A DNA stretch of 62,987 nucleotides. Origin: Ignavibacteriales bacterium CG07_land_8_20_14_0_80_59_12. GTDB lineage: Bacteria; Bacteroidota; Ignavibacteria; 0-14-0-80-59-12. Position 1 is the stretch's first letter, and each line of letters starts with the position of its first letter. Made by a program: the position numbers and the translations under genes. This document shows positions 36,475-47,312 of the stretch, piece after piece. The stretch is taken from NCBI GenBank assembly GCA_002779395.1, contig PEWR01000139.1, positions 3,723 to 66,709 on the forward strand. The letters are read 5' to 3'. The notes beneath the pieces were generated by a model. It saw nothing but the letters and a program-made list of their open reading frames with translations. It had not been told where the DNA came from and searched no databases.

Positions 36475-38841
36475 ATGAAGCGGACAGTGCCCCTCGGTGC
36501 GCTGCTCCTCCTCGCTGCGACCCTCTTCGGCATCCATCGTGCGTCTGCGCAGGTTGAGAAGCCGGAGATCTACAAGATCCTCAGCATCACCGTCGAGGGG
36601 AACCAAACCGCCGAGACCGGCGCGATCATCGCGAACTCCGGCCTCCATGTCGGTGACGAGATCGCCATCCCGAGCGACCGGACCCGCCAGGTCGTCGCTC
36701 GTCTCTGGGCCCTCCGGATATTCTCCGATGTCGAGCTCGTCATAGAGAACCGGGTCGGGAACGGCATCTACCTCCTCATCAAGGTGAAGGAATACCCCCG
36801 CCTCGAACGTGTAGAGTTCAAGGGGAACCATGAGTTCAGCGACGACGACCTGAAGAAGAAGGTCACGATCCTCAAAGGACAGGTTGTCAACCCGCAGACC
36901 GCCTATGAGAACGCCGAGGCGATGCGCAAGGACTATTCCGAGAAGGGATACCTCAACGCGACCGTGACGACCGACACGGTCGGGGATCCGCTTGGAAGCG
37001 GCAGGGTGGACCTCGTCTTCAACATCGCGGAAGGCGAGGAGGTGAAGGTCTCGAAAATCGAGTTCACGGGCGACCATGCCTTCACGGCTGACAAGCTGAA
37101 AGACCAGATGGACGATACGTTCGAGGACCGCTGGTGGAGGTTCTGGAAGAGCGCGAAGTTCGACCCGAAGAAGTTCAAGGAGGACGAAGAAAAGGTCGTG
37201 AAGTTCTACCAGAAGAACGGCTTCCGGGACGCCGAGATTCTCGGCGATTCGCTCTCCTATGACACGATGAAGACGAAGCTCACGATCCACATGTCGCTCT
37301 ACGAGGGACCGAAGTACTACATCCGCAGCATCAAGTGGATCGGGAACACCAAGTATCCCTCCGCCGTCCTCTCCGCGCGGCTCGGTCTCCGCCCGGGCGA
37401 CGTCTACGACCTCGAGAAGTTCGAGCAGAACCTCCGCGGGAATGAGACGCAGACCGACGCGCTTTCGCTCTACCTCGACACCGGCTACCTGCTCGCTAAC
37501 CTCGAGCCCGAGGAGCAGCGCGTCGGTGCGGACAGCATGGACATCGTCATCCGCGTCGGGGAACGGAACCAGTTCCGGGTCGGACAGGTCTTCATCCGGG
37601 GGAACACGAAAACGAACGACAAGGTGATCCGCCGGGAGCTCTTCACCGTGCCAGGCGACTACTTCAGCCGTCAGGACATTGTGCGAAGCCTCCGGCAGCT
37701 CAATGTTCTCAACTACTTCAACCCCGAGAAACTGAAGCCGGACTACGTGATCGCGGGCGACAGCACCGTGAACCTCACGTACGAGGTCGAGGAGAAGTCA
37801 AGCGATACGTTCAACGCGTCGATCGGGTACAGCGCGGCATACAAGTTCATTGGCTCCATCGGCCTCACGTTCAACAACTTCTCGCTCACCGACCCGCTCT
37901 CCGGAGGCGGCGGACAGGTCCTCGGCCTCGACTGGCAGTTCGGCGAGGCGAACCGGTTCCGGACGCTGTCCCTCTCGTTCACGGAGCCGTGGTTCATGGA
38001 CACGCCGACCACCGTCGGGTTCAGCGTCTACGATACGCGGCAGAGCTACTACGGCAACTATTCCCAGACCGGCACCTCGCTCCACGTCGGACGGCGTTTC
38101 CGGTGGCCGGACTACTACTTCCGGGGCGACTGGACGATCGGCTTCAAGAACATGGACATTGTCTCCGCCCCGCTCGGCTACGACGTGGGGAAGACGACCC
38201 AGCACAGCATTTCGCAGGTCATATCTCGCAGCACGATCGACAACCCGACGATGACGACGCGTGGCACCTCCTTTGCCTTTTCCGTCGAGCTCGCCGGCGG
38301 CCCCCTGCTCCCCGGCAATATCAACTATCAGAAGTACGGGTTATCCATCGACTGGTTCACGCCCCTCTCGGAACGGTTCACGCTCTACACGGGATCGCAG
38401 CTCGGCGCGATCTTCGGTTGGGGGAACGAGCTCTACGTGCAGTGGCCGGACCGTTACTTTATGGGCGGAACGGGGCTCGGGTACATCGCGACGACACCGC
38501 TCCGCGGCTACGATGACCGCGTCATCGGACCGGTGGACGCGAGCGGGACGCCGATCGGCGGTCGTGCAATGGCGAAGTACACGGCGGAGCTCCGTCTCAA
38601 TGTGTCGCAGAACCCGATCCCGATCTACCTTCTTGCATTCGCCGAGGCCGGGAACGTATGGGACAGCTGGTCGCATACCTCTCTTTTCGACCTGAGGCGA
38701 TCGGCGGGTGTCGGTGCGCGACTCATGATCGTCCCGATCGGTCTCGTCGGCTTCGATTACGGTTACGGTTTCGACGGCGTGGTTCCCGGCGGTCCGCCGT
38801 CCGGGTGGAAACTCCACTTCCAGTTCGGCCGCGGCTATTAA
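36475..38841 (+). CDS. bamA: outer-membrane protein assembly factor BamA
   Basis: About 790 aa with a signal MKRTVPLGALLLLAATLFG, five POTRA-like repeats, a barrel, and a terminal HFQFGRGY. Confidence 0.9.
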   Translation: MKRTVPLGALLLLAATLFGIHRASAQVEKPEIYKILSITVEGNQTAETGAIIANSGLHVGDEIAIPSDRTRQVVARLWALRIFSDVELVIENRVGNGIYLLIKVKEYPRLERVEFKGNHEFSDDDLKKKVTILKGQVVNPQTAYENAEAMRKDYSEKGYLNATVTTDTVGDPLGSGRVDLVFNIAEGEEVKVSKIEFTGDHAFTADKLKDQMDDTFEDRWWRFWKSAKFDPKKFKEDEEKVVKFYQKNGFRDAEILGDSLSYDTMKTKLTIHMSLYEGPKYYIRSIKWIGNTKYPSAVLSARLGLRPGDVYDLEKFEQNLRGNETQTDALSLYLDTGYLLANLEPEEQRVGADSMDIVIRVGERNQFRVGQVFIRGNTKTNDKVIRRELFTVPGDYFSRQDIVRSLRQLNVLNYFNPEKLKPDYVIAGDSTVNLTYEVEEKSSDTFNASIGYSAAYKFIGSIGLTFNNFSLTDPLSGGGGQVLGLDWQFGEANRFRTLSLSFTEPWFMDTPTTVGFSVYDTRQSYYGNYSQTGTSLHVGRRFRWPDYYFRGDWTIGFKNMDIVSAPLGYDVGKTTQHSISQVISRSTIDNPTMTTRGTSFAFSVELAGGPLLPGNINYQKYGLSIDWFTPLSERFTLYTGSQLGAIFGWGNELYVQWPDRYFMGGTGLGYIATTPLRGYDDRVIGPVDASGTPIGGRAMAKYTAELRLNVSQNPIPIYLLAFAEAGNVWDSWSHTSLFDLRRSAGVGARLMIVPIGLVGFDYGYGFDGVVPGGPPSGWKLHFQFGRGY

Positions 38842-38872
38842 GTGTGTGTTGTTGTTCCGTTCACTACAAACG

Positions 38873-39430
38873 ATGAGGATTACCGTGAAACAATTCCTTG
38901 GAGTGACTCTTTTCATTCTTGCCTGCGCGGCTCTCGTCACAACCCCCTCGGCGGCGCAGAAATCAACGACGCTTAAGCTCGGGTATGTAAGCTCTGACGT
39001 CATCCTCCAGCAGTACCCGGAGGCGGTTGAGGCCCAGAAGAAGCTGGACTCACTCGTCCGCGGCTGGCAGGGCCAGATCGAGAAGATGGGGAAAGAGCTG
39101 CAGGACAAGTACGACGCTTACCGGAAGAAGCAGGGGACGATGACCGATGCGGCGAAGGCCGCCGAGGAGCAGAAGCTCGTGCAGGAACAGCAGAAGGTAC
39201 AGGAGTTCCGCGACCAGAAACTCGGGCAGGGCGGAGAACTTCAGAAGGAGCAGGAGAGGACGATGCGTCCCGTCCGGGACAAGATCTTCAGGACCATCGC
39301 GTCGATCGCCAAGGAGGAGGGAGTGAGTTTCGTGTTCGACAAGACCGAGCAGGCGCTCGTGCTCCTCTACGCCGACGAGAAGTCCGATCTTACGTTCAAG
39401 GTCCTCGATCGACTGAAGCGCGGACAATAA
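38873..39430 (+). CDS. OmpH/Skp-family periplasmic chaperone
   Basis: Signal peptide, then a K/Q/E-rich coiled coil. Tandem with the next gene after bamA. Confidence 0.8.
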   Translation: MRITVKQFLGVTLFILACAALVTTPSAAQKSTTLKLGYVSSDVILQQYPEAVEAQKKLDSLVRGWQGQIEKMGKELQDKYDAYRKKQGTMTDAAKAAEEQKLVQEQQKVQEFRDQKLGQGGELQKEQERTMRPVRDKIFRTIASIAKEEGVSFVFDKTEQALVLLYADEKSDLTFKVLDRLKRGQ

Positions 39431-39458
39431 CGACCTTTCGATCCCGGAGGGACGCATC

Positions 39459-39995
39459 ATGATATCACACACAGTGCGCGGTCTATGCGTCGTTGCAGCG
39501 CTCGGATTCTTCGCAATGCACGCCGCCGCCCAGCAGAAGATCGGCTGGGTGAGCACGGAGGCGATCATGCAGAAGCTTCCCGAGGCACAGGATGCGCAGA
39601 AGCAGCTCGATGCGCTCGTCGCCGACTGGCAGAACGAGCTGAAGAAGACGCAGGACGGATGGCAGCAGAAGTTCAACGATTATGACAAGAAGAAGCTCCT
39701 CATGAGCGACACGCGCCGCGCGGAAGCGGAGCGGGAGCTCATGGACCTCGAGAAGAAGATCTCCGACTACCGGAACCAGAAGTTCGGCCCCAACGGCGAG
39801 CTCTTCCAGAAGCAAAACGAGATCATGAAGCCGGTCCAGGACAAGGTCTTCAACGCAATCCAGAAGGTCGCCGCAGACAACGGCTACGACTATATTCTCG
39901 ACAAGAGCGGCGACGCGCTTCTCCTGTTCTCCAACGACAAGTACGACCTCACCGACAAGGTCCTCGCTGCATTGAAAGCACCACCCTCGAAGTGA
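39459..39995 (+). CDS. OmpH/Skp-family periplasmic chaperone (second copy)
   Basis: Same architecture as the previous gene ([25 protein letters not shown]). Confidence 0.8.
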   Translation: MISHTVRGLCVVAALGFFAMHAAAQQKIGWVSTEAIMQKLPEAQDAQKQLDALVADWQNELKKTQDGWQQKFNDYDKKKLLMSDTRRAEAERELMDLEKKISDYRNQKFGPNGELFQKQNEIMKPVQDKVFNAIQKVAADNGYDYILDKSGDALLLFSNDKYDLTDKVLAALKAPPSK

Positions 39996-40002
39996 CGCCG
40001 GC

Positions 40003-41076
40003 ATGAAACTCCGAGCACTCGCAGAGCTTCTCAACGGCGACATCGCTGGCGACCCGGAGACGGAGATCCTCCGTCCCGCGAAGATCGAGGAGGCACGGCC
40101 GGGGGACGTCACCTTTCTTTCGAACCCGAAGTACGCACGGTTCCTCGACGCTACACTGGCGAGCGCGGTCATCGTAGCCCGGACGCTCGATGCACCCCCG
40201 CGGCCGGGCATGAGCTACCTCCGGGTCGATGATCCCTACCTCGGCTTCCTCACCGCCCTTGAGGCGCTCGTCCCCCGGCCGGATCCCCTCCCGCCGGGGA
40301 TCCATCCGACTGCCGTCATCGCACCGACCGCACAGATCGGACCGGGCGCGCGTCTCGGCGCCCACGTCGTCATCGGCGAACACGCATCGGTCGGGGCGCG
40401 CTCATCCATCTGCCACAATACAGTGATCGGTGATGGCTCTTCAGTCGGGGATGACAGCCTTCTCTATCCGAACGTCACGGTGCGCGAGGGATGCCGCATC
40501 GGGAGCCGCGTAATCCTCCATCCGGGTGTCGTCGTCGGGAGCGACGGGTTCGGGTTCGCCCCGAAACCCGACGGCTCCTACAAGAAGATCCCGCAGCTCG
40601 GCGGCGTTGTGATCGAGGACGACGTCGAAATCGGCGCGAACACCACGATCGACCGGGCGACGGTCGGCGAGACCGTCATCAAGCGCGGCGCGAAGCTCGA
40701 CAACCTCATCCAGATTGCCCACAACGTTGTCGTTGGGGAGGACACGGTGATCGCGGCGCAAACCGGTATCGCGGGAAGCACGAAGGTCGGCGCACACTGT
40801 ATCCTTGCCGGACAGGTTGGGCTGGTCGGCCACATCGAGGTGGCCGACCGGACGACGATCGGAGCGCAGTCGGGGGTATCGAAGTCCCTGACCGCTCCCG
40901 GAAGAGTCTACTTCGGGAGTCCGGTCAAAGAACACATGACGGCCCTCCGGATCGAAGGGGCCATTCGCCGGCTCCCGGAACTCGTGACCCAGCTGCGTCA
41001 GCTCCAGCGGGAGATCGAGAACCTGAGAGAGGCGCTCGCCGCCCGCGGCCCTGAACCCACGAACGAGAAGGGGTGA
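40003..41076 (+). CDS. lpxD: UDP-3-O-acylglucosamine N-acyltransferase
   Basis: 357 aa with left-handed beta-helix hexapeptide repeats, in the lpx cluster. Confidence 0.9.
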   Translation: MKLRALAELLNGDIAGDPETEILRPAKIEEARPGDVTFLSNPKYARFLDATLASAVIVARTLDAPPRPGMSYLRVDDPYLGFLTALEALVPRPDPLPPGIHPTAVIAPTAQIGPGARLGAHVVIGEHASVGARSSICHNTVIGDGSSVGDDSLLYPNVTVREGCRIGSRVILHPGVVVGSDGFGFAPKPDGSYKKIPQLGGVVIEDDVEIGANTTIDRATVGETVIKRGAKLDNLIQIAHNVVVGEDTVIAAQTGIAGSTKVGAHCILAGQVGLVGHIEVADRTTIGAQSGVSKSLTAPGRVYFGSPVKEHMTALRIEGAIRRLPELVTQLRQLQREIENLREALAARGPEPTNEKG

Positions 41077-41080
41077 TTGC

Positions 41081-42529
41081 ATGCTTGTTCAGCAGCAGAC
41101 AATCAAGCGCCCGGTGCCATACTCCGGGATTGGCCTGCACACCGGCAACCGGTGCACGATCACGTTCAAGCCGGCTCCGGTCGATTTCGGGATTCGCTTC
41201 CGGCGTATCGACCTCGGCGGTGAGCCCGAGATTCCCGCCCTTGCCGACCATGTCGTCGATGTGTCGCGTGGAACGACGCTCGGTATCGGCGACGTGCGCG
41301 TCCACACGGTGGAGCACGTCCTTGCGGCCGTTGCCGGACTTGAGATCGACAACGTCATCATCGAGCTTGACAACAATGAGCCTCCCGTCGGCGACGGGAG
41401 CTCGAAACCGTACGTCGAGGCGCTCCTCAGAGCCGGGATTGAGAAGCAGGATGCACCGAAGGACTACCTCATCATTGACCAGACGATCCACTACCACAAC
41501 GAGGAGAAGGAAGTCGACATCGTTGCCCTTCCCACGGACGACTTCCGGATCACGGTCATGATCGACTACCACAACCCGGCGCTGGGCAGCCAGCACACCG
41601 GGCTCTTCTCCCTCGAGAAGGAGTTCGTGACGGAGTTCGCCCCGGCGCGGACGTTCTGCTTCCTCCACGAAGTTGAAGCACTTGCCGGCCAGGGGCTCAT
41701 CCGCGGCGGGACGCTCGATAATGCGATCGTCATCATCGACGAGGATCTCACGAAGGACGAGCTCGTCGAGCGGGCGGAGCGCCTCGGCATCAGCGCGTCG
41801 GTCATGTTAGGCGCGAACGGCATTCTCAACAACCGTCCGCTTCACTACAAGAACGAACCTGCGCGGCACAAGCTCCTCGACCTCCTTGGCGACCTCGCAC
41901 TCATCGGCGCCCCGATCAAGGCGCAGATCCTTGCCGGCCGCCCGGGACATGCGAGCAACGTTGAGTTCGTGCGGATGGTCCGGCGGCTCTACCTCCAGAA
42001 GAAGTTGGTGAAGAAGTACCAGTTCGAGAGGAAGGGGGGAGTGGTCTTCGACATCAACGCCATCAAGCGGATCCTCCCGCACCGCTACCCCTTTCTCCTC
42101 GTCGACAAGATTGTCAATTTCCAGCTCGATGAGAAGATCGTCGGTGTGAAGAACGTGACCGGCAACGAACCCTTCTTCGAAGGGCACTTCCCGGGGCAGC
42201 CGGTGATGCCGGGCGTCCTCATCATCGAGGCGATGGCGCAGACGGGCGGGATACTCCTCCTCAACGGCACCGACGATCCGCGGAGCAAACTCGCCTTCTT
42301 CACGAGCATTACGTCTGCGAAATTCCGCAAGACCGTCGTCCCGGGCGACCAGCTCGTGATGGAACTTGAGATGGTGAGCCGCCGTTCGAAGATCGCCGTC
42401 ATGCGCGGGCGTGCCTACGTTGACGGCCAGCTTGTGTGCGAGGCGGAGCTTTCGGCCGCGATCGTGGACCGCGTGACCGGTCCCGACGGGGGCGATGGGA
42501 AGAAGAGTGTCGAACCTGACAAAAACTGA
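41081..42529 (+). CDS. lpxC/fabZ: bifunctional UDP-3-O-acyl-GlcNAc deacetylase / 3-hydroxyacyl-ACP dehydratase
   Basis: The N-terminal half is LpxC (GIGLHTGN, HTVEHVLAA, HKLLDLLGDL). The C-terminal half is FabZ (LPHRYPFLLVDK, FFEGHFPG.PVMPGVLIIEAMAQ). Confidence 0.92.
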   Translation: MLVQQQTIKRPVPYSGIGLHTGNRCTITFKPAPVDFGIRFRRIDLGGEPEIPALADHVVDVSRGTTLGIGDVRVHTVEHVLAAVAGLEIDNVIIELDNNEPPVGDGSSKPYVEALLRAGIEKQDAPKDYLIIDQTIHYHNEEKEVDIVALPTDDFRITVMIDYHNPALGSQHTGLFSLEKEFVTEFAPARTFCFLHEVEALAGQGLIRGGTLDNAIVIIDEDLTKDELVERAERLGISASVMLGANGILNNRPLHYKNEPARHKLLDLLGDLALIGAPIKAQILAGRPGHASNVEFVRMVRRLYLQKKLVKKYQFERKGGVVFDINAIKRILPHRYPFLLVDKIVNFQLDEKIVGVKNVTGNEPFFEGHFPGQPVMPGVLIIEAMAQTGGILLLNGTDDPRSKLAFFTSITSAKFRKTVVPGDQLVMELEMVSRRSKIAVMRGRAYVDGQLVCEAELSAAIVDRVTGPDGGDGKKSVEPDKN

Positions 42530-42537
42530 CTGGGATC

Positions 42538-43347
42538 ATGAGCACGTTTGTCCACCCACAGGCCATTGTCAATCCTAAAGCGGAACTTGCCGACGGCGTA
42601 ACCGTCGGGCCGTTCACGGTTATTGAAGAGGGCGTCACCATCGGCGAGGGGACCTGGATCGCCGCGAGTGTCAGCATCGACCGCGGCGCTCGGATCGGAA
42701 AAGAGTGCAAGATCTACCAGGGGGCGATCCTTGCGACACCTCCGCAGGACCTGAAGTACAGGAACGAGCCGACGGTCCTTGAAATTGGTGACAGGACCAC
42801 GGTGCGCGAATACTGCACGCTCCACCGTGCGACACCGGCGACGGGTGTGACGAGGATCGGGAACGACTGCCTCATCATGGCGTATTCTCACGTCGCACAC
42901 GATTGCCACATCGGTAACAACGTCGTCATCGCGAACACCGTGCAGATGGGCGGGCACACGGTCATCGAGGACTACGCCATCATCGGCGGCATGTCTCCGA
43001 TCCATCAGTTCGTCCGTATCGGATGCCACTCGATGATGGGCGGGGGATGGGGTGCCGGGAAGGATGTCCCCCCGTATGTCCTCGCCATGGGCAGACCGCT
43101 CTCGTTCGAGAAGCTTAACACGATAGGGCTCCGGCGGCGGGGTTTTTCTCCTGAGACCATCGCATCGATTGAAAACGCTTACAGGATCCTCTACAAATCG
43201 GGATTCAACGTATCGGACGGCGTCCGGCACATCGAGGAGGAAATCAAGGGTGTGCCCGAAGTCGACCACATCGTTGAGTTTGTGAGATCAAGCAGTCGTG
43301 GCATCATCCCCTGGCGCCGCCGCGTAGAGGGCGCTCCGGAGATCTAA
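42538..43347 (+). CDS. lpxA: acyl-ACP-UDP-GlcNAc O-acyltransferase
   Basis: 269 aa with hexapeptide repeats and NTIGLRRRGFS. Confidence 0.9.
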   Translation: MSTFVHPQAIVNPKAELADGVTVGPFTVIEEGVTIGEGTWIAASVSIDRGARIGKECKIYQGAILATPPQDLKYRNEPTVLEIGDRTTVREYCTLHRATPATGVTRIGNDCLIMAYSHVAHDCHIGNNVVIANTVQMGGHTVIEDYAIIGGMSPIHQFVRIGCHSMMGGGWGAGKDVPPYVLAMGRPLSFEKLNTIGLRRRGFSPETIASIENAYRILYKSGFNVSDGVRHIEEEIKGVPEVDHIVEFVRSSSRGIIPWRRRVEGAPEI

Positions 43348-43350
43348 AGG

Positions 43351-44160
43351 ATGGAATGGTGGATTCTCGGGCCCCGCGCTCTGACGGGTCTCGAGAACAT
43401 GGCGGTTGACCTTCACCTTGCCGACCTCCTTTCGCAGGGGGAAATCCTTCCGACGCTGCGCCTTTACACATGGGAACCGTGGGCGATTTCGCTCGGTTGT
43501 CATCAGCGCGCCGACAGCATTGACATGGATTGCTGCATCGCCGACGGAATCGACGTCGTGCGCCGTCCCACGGGCGGCCGCGCGGTTTTTCACGCTGAGG
43601 AGCTGACCTACAGCGTCGTGATGCGGACGGAGCGTCGGACCATTCTTGAGGTGTACAATGACGTCTCGCGGTCGCTCGCTCGCGGCCTCCGGTTTCTCGG
43701 GGTTCCGGCGGAGCTGGTGTCGGTGCAGGAGGACTTCCGCGGCGCCTACAGGAGGGCCTCTTCCGTGATGTGCTTCTCGAGCTCGGCGCTCCATGAAGTC
43801 CAGGTTGGCGGAAAGAAGCTTGTCGGCAGCGCACAGCGCCGGTTCGAGATGCCCGATGGGAACACATCACAGGTCATCCTCCAGCACGGCTCGATCCTCA
43901 TCGGGTCCGCGCATCGGCGGCTTCCCGACTATGTGCGGACGGGCGACGAGCAGCGGTCGCGGATGCGGACTGAGATCGAGTCGAAAAGCACTGAGATTGA
44001 GACAGAGCTTGGCCGGAGTGTGACCATCCCGGAGGTCGCCGACGCCGTGCGGCGGGGCTTCGAAGATGAGTGGGGAATTCGGTTTTCGGTCCCGGAGCAG
44101 TGCGACGAACTCGTCGAGAGGCTTGCCGGGGTCGACGACAAAATGCTGATCCATGCCTGA
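43351..44160 (+). CDS. lipoate-protein ligase / octanoyltransferase family (BPL/LPL catalytic domain)
   Basis: LRLYTWEPWAISLG.HQ, VVRRPTGGRAVFH and KLVGSAQRR motifs. Confidence 0.75.
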   Translation: MEWWILGPRALTGLENMAVDLHLADLLSQGEILPTLRLYTWEPWAISLGCHQRADSIDMDCCIADGIDVVRRPTGGRAVFHAEELTYSVVMRTERRTILEVYNDVSRSLARGLRFLGVPAELVSVQEDFRGAYRRASSVMCFSSSALHEVQVGGKKLVGSAQRRFEMPDGNTSQVILQHGSILIGSAHRRLPDYVRTGDEQRSRMRTEIESKSTEIETELGRSVTIPEVADAVRRGFEDEWGIRFSVPEQCDELVERLAGVDDKMLIHA

Positions 44161-44162
44161 AC

Positions 44163-44987
44163 ATGCCATCGTCTCTGAGACAACAGCACGTGACGACACA
44201 AACGCTCCGTGACATGAAGCAGCGCGGGGAGAAAGTCGCCATGCTCACCGCGTATGACTTCCTCATGGCGAAGCTTCTCGACGAAGCAGGCATCGACATC
44301 ATTCTCGTTGGCGACAGCCTTGGCAACGTCGTTCAGGGGCAGGCCACGACCCTCCTCGTCACGCTTGATGAGATGATCTACCACACGAAGATTGTCCGCC
44401 GCGGCGTGAGCCGCTCTCTCCTCATCGTCGATATGCCGTTCCTGAGCTACCAGGTGAACATCGATGAAGCGGTGCGCAACTGCGGCCGTGTGTTGAAGGA
44501 AACGGGTGCAGAGGGGGTGAAGCTTGAGGGAGGGTTGCCGATCGTTGAGACGGTGCGCCGCCTTGCCGATGTCGGGATCCCCGTGATGGGGCACCTCGGA
44601 CTGACGCCGCAGTCTGTCCACAAGTTCGGCGGCTACGGTGTGCGTGCAACAGGCGAGAGGGAAGCCGAATGGCTCCTGAAGAGCGCTCACGCGCTTGAGG
44701 AGGCGGGAATTTTCTCGATCGTGCTCGAGAAGATACCCGCGTCACTTGCGAAGAGAGTCACCTCGGAGGTGACCGTTCCCACAATCGGCATCGGTGGGGG
44801 CCCGAATTGCGACGGGCAGGTGCTTGTCCTCTACGACATGCTCGGCCTCTATGAGTTCCCCGGCGGCATGGCTCCGAAGTTCGTCCGCCGCTACGCCGAT
44901 CTCGCCGGCACGGTCCGTGTTGCCGTGCGCTCGTACATCGACGACCTCAAGCACGGACGATTCCCCTCCGAAGAAGAGAGCTACTGA
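44163..44987 (+). CDS. panB: 3-methyl-2-oxobutanoate hydroxymethyltransferase
   Basis: MLTAYD, ILVGDSLG, GHLGLTPQS and IGIGGGP motifs. ATG at 44163. Confidence 0.92.
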   Translation: MPSSLRQQHVTTQTLRDMKQRGEKVAMLTAYDFLMAKLLDEAGIDIILVGDSLGNVVQGQATTLLVTLDEMIYHTKIVRRGVSRSLLIVDMPFLSYQVNIDEAVRNCGRVLKETGAEGVKLEGGLPIVETVRRLADVGIPVMGHLGLTPQSVHKFGGYGVRATGEREAEWLLKSAHALEEAGIFSIVLEKIPASLAKRVTSEVTVPTIGIGGGPNCDGQVLVLYDMLGLYEFPGGMAPKFVRRYADLAGTVRVAVRSYIDDLKHGRFPSEEESY

Positions 44988-45200
44988 AAGCGGTTCTCGA
45001 TCTTTGTACTTCCTTCGGTTTTCTGTCTGCACCCCGTCGCGTTGATTCCCGGCTTGTTTGAATCCCTTTCGATTCGTTCGTATATTACTATGATTCCTGC
45101 TGGTCCACACCGGAGCAAGACTCTGAAGAGTCAAACCGCACATGTATCAACGCGAGGGGGCGGCCGAACAGCAACCGCCGTTTCTCGAGGACGGCGTCCG

Positions 45201-46055
45201 TTGAGGCGGAAGCCGCTTCTTCTGATCTCAAACGACGACGGGATTGGCTCGCGCGGGATAAATGCGCTGGCACAATCGCTGAAAGAGATTGGAGAGATCG
45301 TCGTCGTCGCTCCCGACCGGCAGCAGAGTGCCGTCGGACACGCGATCACCGTGAACACTCCCCTGCGCGCCTCGAAGTTCTACCGTGACGGCGTGTTCTT
45401 CGGGTATGCAGTGACCGGCACGCCCGCAGACGCGGTGAAGCTCGCGGTCCGCTCGCTCCTCAAGCGGCGGCCATCCATTCTCGTGTCGGGCATCAACCAC
45501 GGCTCCAACACGGCGGTCAGCATCCTCTATTCAGGGACCGTCTCGGCCGCAACCGAAGGGACAATCCTCGGCATCCCGTCCGTCGCGATCTCACTTGCGA
45601 CATTCAAGAAGCCTGACTTCAGTTTCGCCGCAAGGTTTGCGGGGCGCATCGTGAGGCTCGTGCTCGAGCACGGGCTCCCGAACGGGGTGCTTCTCAACGT
45701 CAACGTCCCCCCTGTCCCGGAGGAGAAGATCCGCGGTGTGAAGGTGACACGGCAGGGGGAGGCGGTGTGGGACGACACCTTCGATGTCCGCCGCGACCCG
45801 AACAACAAGGAGTATTTCTGGCTCACCGGGAATCTCATCCAGGCCGATACATCGAATGATGCCGACGAGGTCGCCGTACGCCATCGGTACGTGTCGATCA
45901 CCCCGATCCAGTTCGACCTCACAGCGTATACAAAGATGGAAGACCTCCGGGGATGGATCGAGCCCGCATTTGCGACGCGGATGCTCGACGGCCGGTCCGG
46001 ACTCGAAGGAGGCGTCACGCACTGCACAGAGCGATCAAGGGAGAAGACGAAATGA
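45201..46055 (+). CDS. surE: 5'/3'-nucleotidase SurE
   Basis: [14 protein letters not shown] and GINHGSN motifs. The ORF is open from 45042. TTG at 45201 (GAGGA upstream) gives the usual short N-terminus. Start uncertain. Confidence 0.85.
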   Translation: MRRKPLLLISNDDGIGSRGINALAQSLKEIGEIVVVAPDRQQSAVGHAITVNTPLRASKFYRDGVFFGYAVTGTPADAVKLAVRSLLKRRPSILVSGINHGSNTAVSILYSGTVSAATEGTILGIPSVAISLATFKKPDFSFAARFAGRIVRLVLEHGLPNGVLLNVNVPPVPEEKIRGVKVTRQGEAVWDDTFDVRRDPNNKEYFWLTGNLIQADTSNDADEVAVRHRYVSITPIQFDLTAYTKMEDLRGWIEPAFATRMLDGRSGLEGGVTHCTERSREKTK

Positions 46056-47212
46056 GAATAGGCATACTCACTGGCGGGGGAGACGTTCCGGGTCTGAATC
46101 CGTGCATCAAATCCGTGGTATACCGCGCAATCGACGACGGTGCCGATGTCATCGGCATACGGAGGGGATGGGCGGGGCTTCTGAAGTACAACATCGACGA
46201 CCCGTCGGAAGCAGACGAGTGCATCATCCCGCTCAACAAAGCGAACACACGGGTCATCGACCGCTCCGGCGGGACGTTTCTCCACACCTCCCGGACGAAC
46301 CCTGGGAAGGTGAAATGGAGCGAAGTCCCCGATTTCCTCAAGGAACCGGACAATCCGCCGAAAGAGGGAGACCTTCCGTATGATTTCACGCCGCACATCC
46401 TTAAGGTCCTCGAACACCTCGGAATTGACGTCCTTATTCCGATCGGCGGCGACGACACACTGAGCTATGGTGTTCGCCTCCACAAGGAAGGGTTCCCCGT
46501 CGTCGCGATCCCGAAGACAATGGACAACGACGTCTTCGGGACCGACTACTGCATCGGCTTCTCCACGGCCGTGACGCGCAGCACCCACTTCATCACCGCG
46601 CTCCGCACTCCCGCCGGCTCCCACGAGCGTATCGCGATCGTCGAGCTCTTCGGCCGGAATTCGGGTGAGACATCTCTCATCACCGCCTACCTTGCCGGCG
46701 TCGACCGTGCGATCATCTCGGAAGTCGCGTTCGATCCCGAGAAACTCGCAGGTTTCCTCATGCAGGACAAGAAGGAGAATCCGAGCAACTACGCGATCAT
46801 GACGATCTCCGAAGGGGCGCAGATGGTCGGCGGGAAGATCATTGAGTACGGGCAAGAAGATGCATACGGGCACAAGAAGTTAGGCGGTATCGGCGAGATC
46901 ACCGGTGAGGCGATCGAGAAGATCACCGGCTCACACATCATCTACCAGCCGCTCGCGTACCTCATGCGGAGCGGCGAGCCCGACGCCCTCGACCGGATGG
47001 TGGCGATCAGCTACGCGAACCTGGCGACGGACCTCGCCGTTCGCGGTGACTACGGGCACCTTGTCGCACTCCGCGAAGGTAAGTACACGACCGTGCCCAT
47101 CATGACGATGACGCAGGGGAAGAAGCACGTTGACGTCGACGAGCTCTACGACGTCGATCAATACCGGCCAAAGATCTACCGGATGCTCGGCAAACCGATG
47201 TTCCTCTATTGA
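46052..47212 (+). CDS. pfp: 6-phosphofructokinase, PPi-dependent-type signature
   Basis: [16 protein letters not shown]. The GGDD and PKTMDND motifs carry Asp and Lys at the positions equivalent to E. coli PfkA G104 and G124. ATG overlaps the surE stop. Confidence 0.8.
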   Translation: MRIGILTGGGDVPGLNPCIKSVVYRAIDDGADVIGIRRGWAGLLKYNIDDPSEADECIIPLNKANTRVIDRSGGTFLHTSRTNPGKVKWSEVPDFLKEPDNPPKEGDLPYDFTPHILKVLEHLGIDVLIPIGGDDTLSYGVRLHKEGFPVVAIPKTMDNDVFGTDYCIGFSTAVTRSTHFITALRTPAGSHERIAIVELFGRNSGETSLITAYLAGVDRAIISEVAFDPEKLAGFLMQDKKENPSNYAIMTISEGAQMVGGKIIEYGQEDAYGHKKLGGIGEITGEAIEKITGSHIIYQPLAYLMRSGEPDALDRMVAISYANLATDLAVRGDYGHLVALREGKYTTVPIMTMTQGKKHVDVDELYDVDQYRPKIYRMLGKPMFLY

Positions 47213-47244
47213 GTCTGCGAGTACCAAGTCTCGTGAGAGAGAAG

Positions 47245-47278
47245 CCCTGTCCTCCCGCTAGGGGGCACGGGGTTTTTC
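47245..47278 (+). terminator. putative rho-independent terminator between the two pfk genes
   Basis: CCCTGTCCTCCC-GCTA-GGGGGCACGGGG (12 positions, 1 mismatch, 2 G-T) followed by TTTTT. Confidence 0.5.
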
Positions 47279-47312
47279 TGCGAATCGACGCACATATGGA
47301 CGAGGAAGAAGC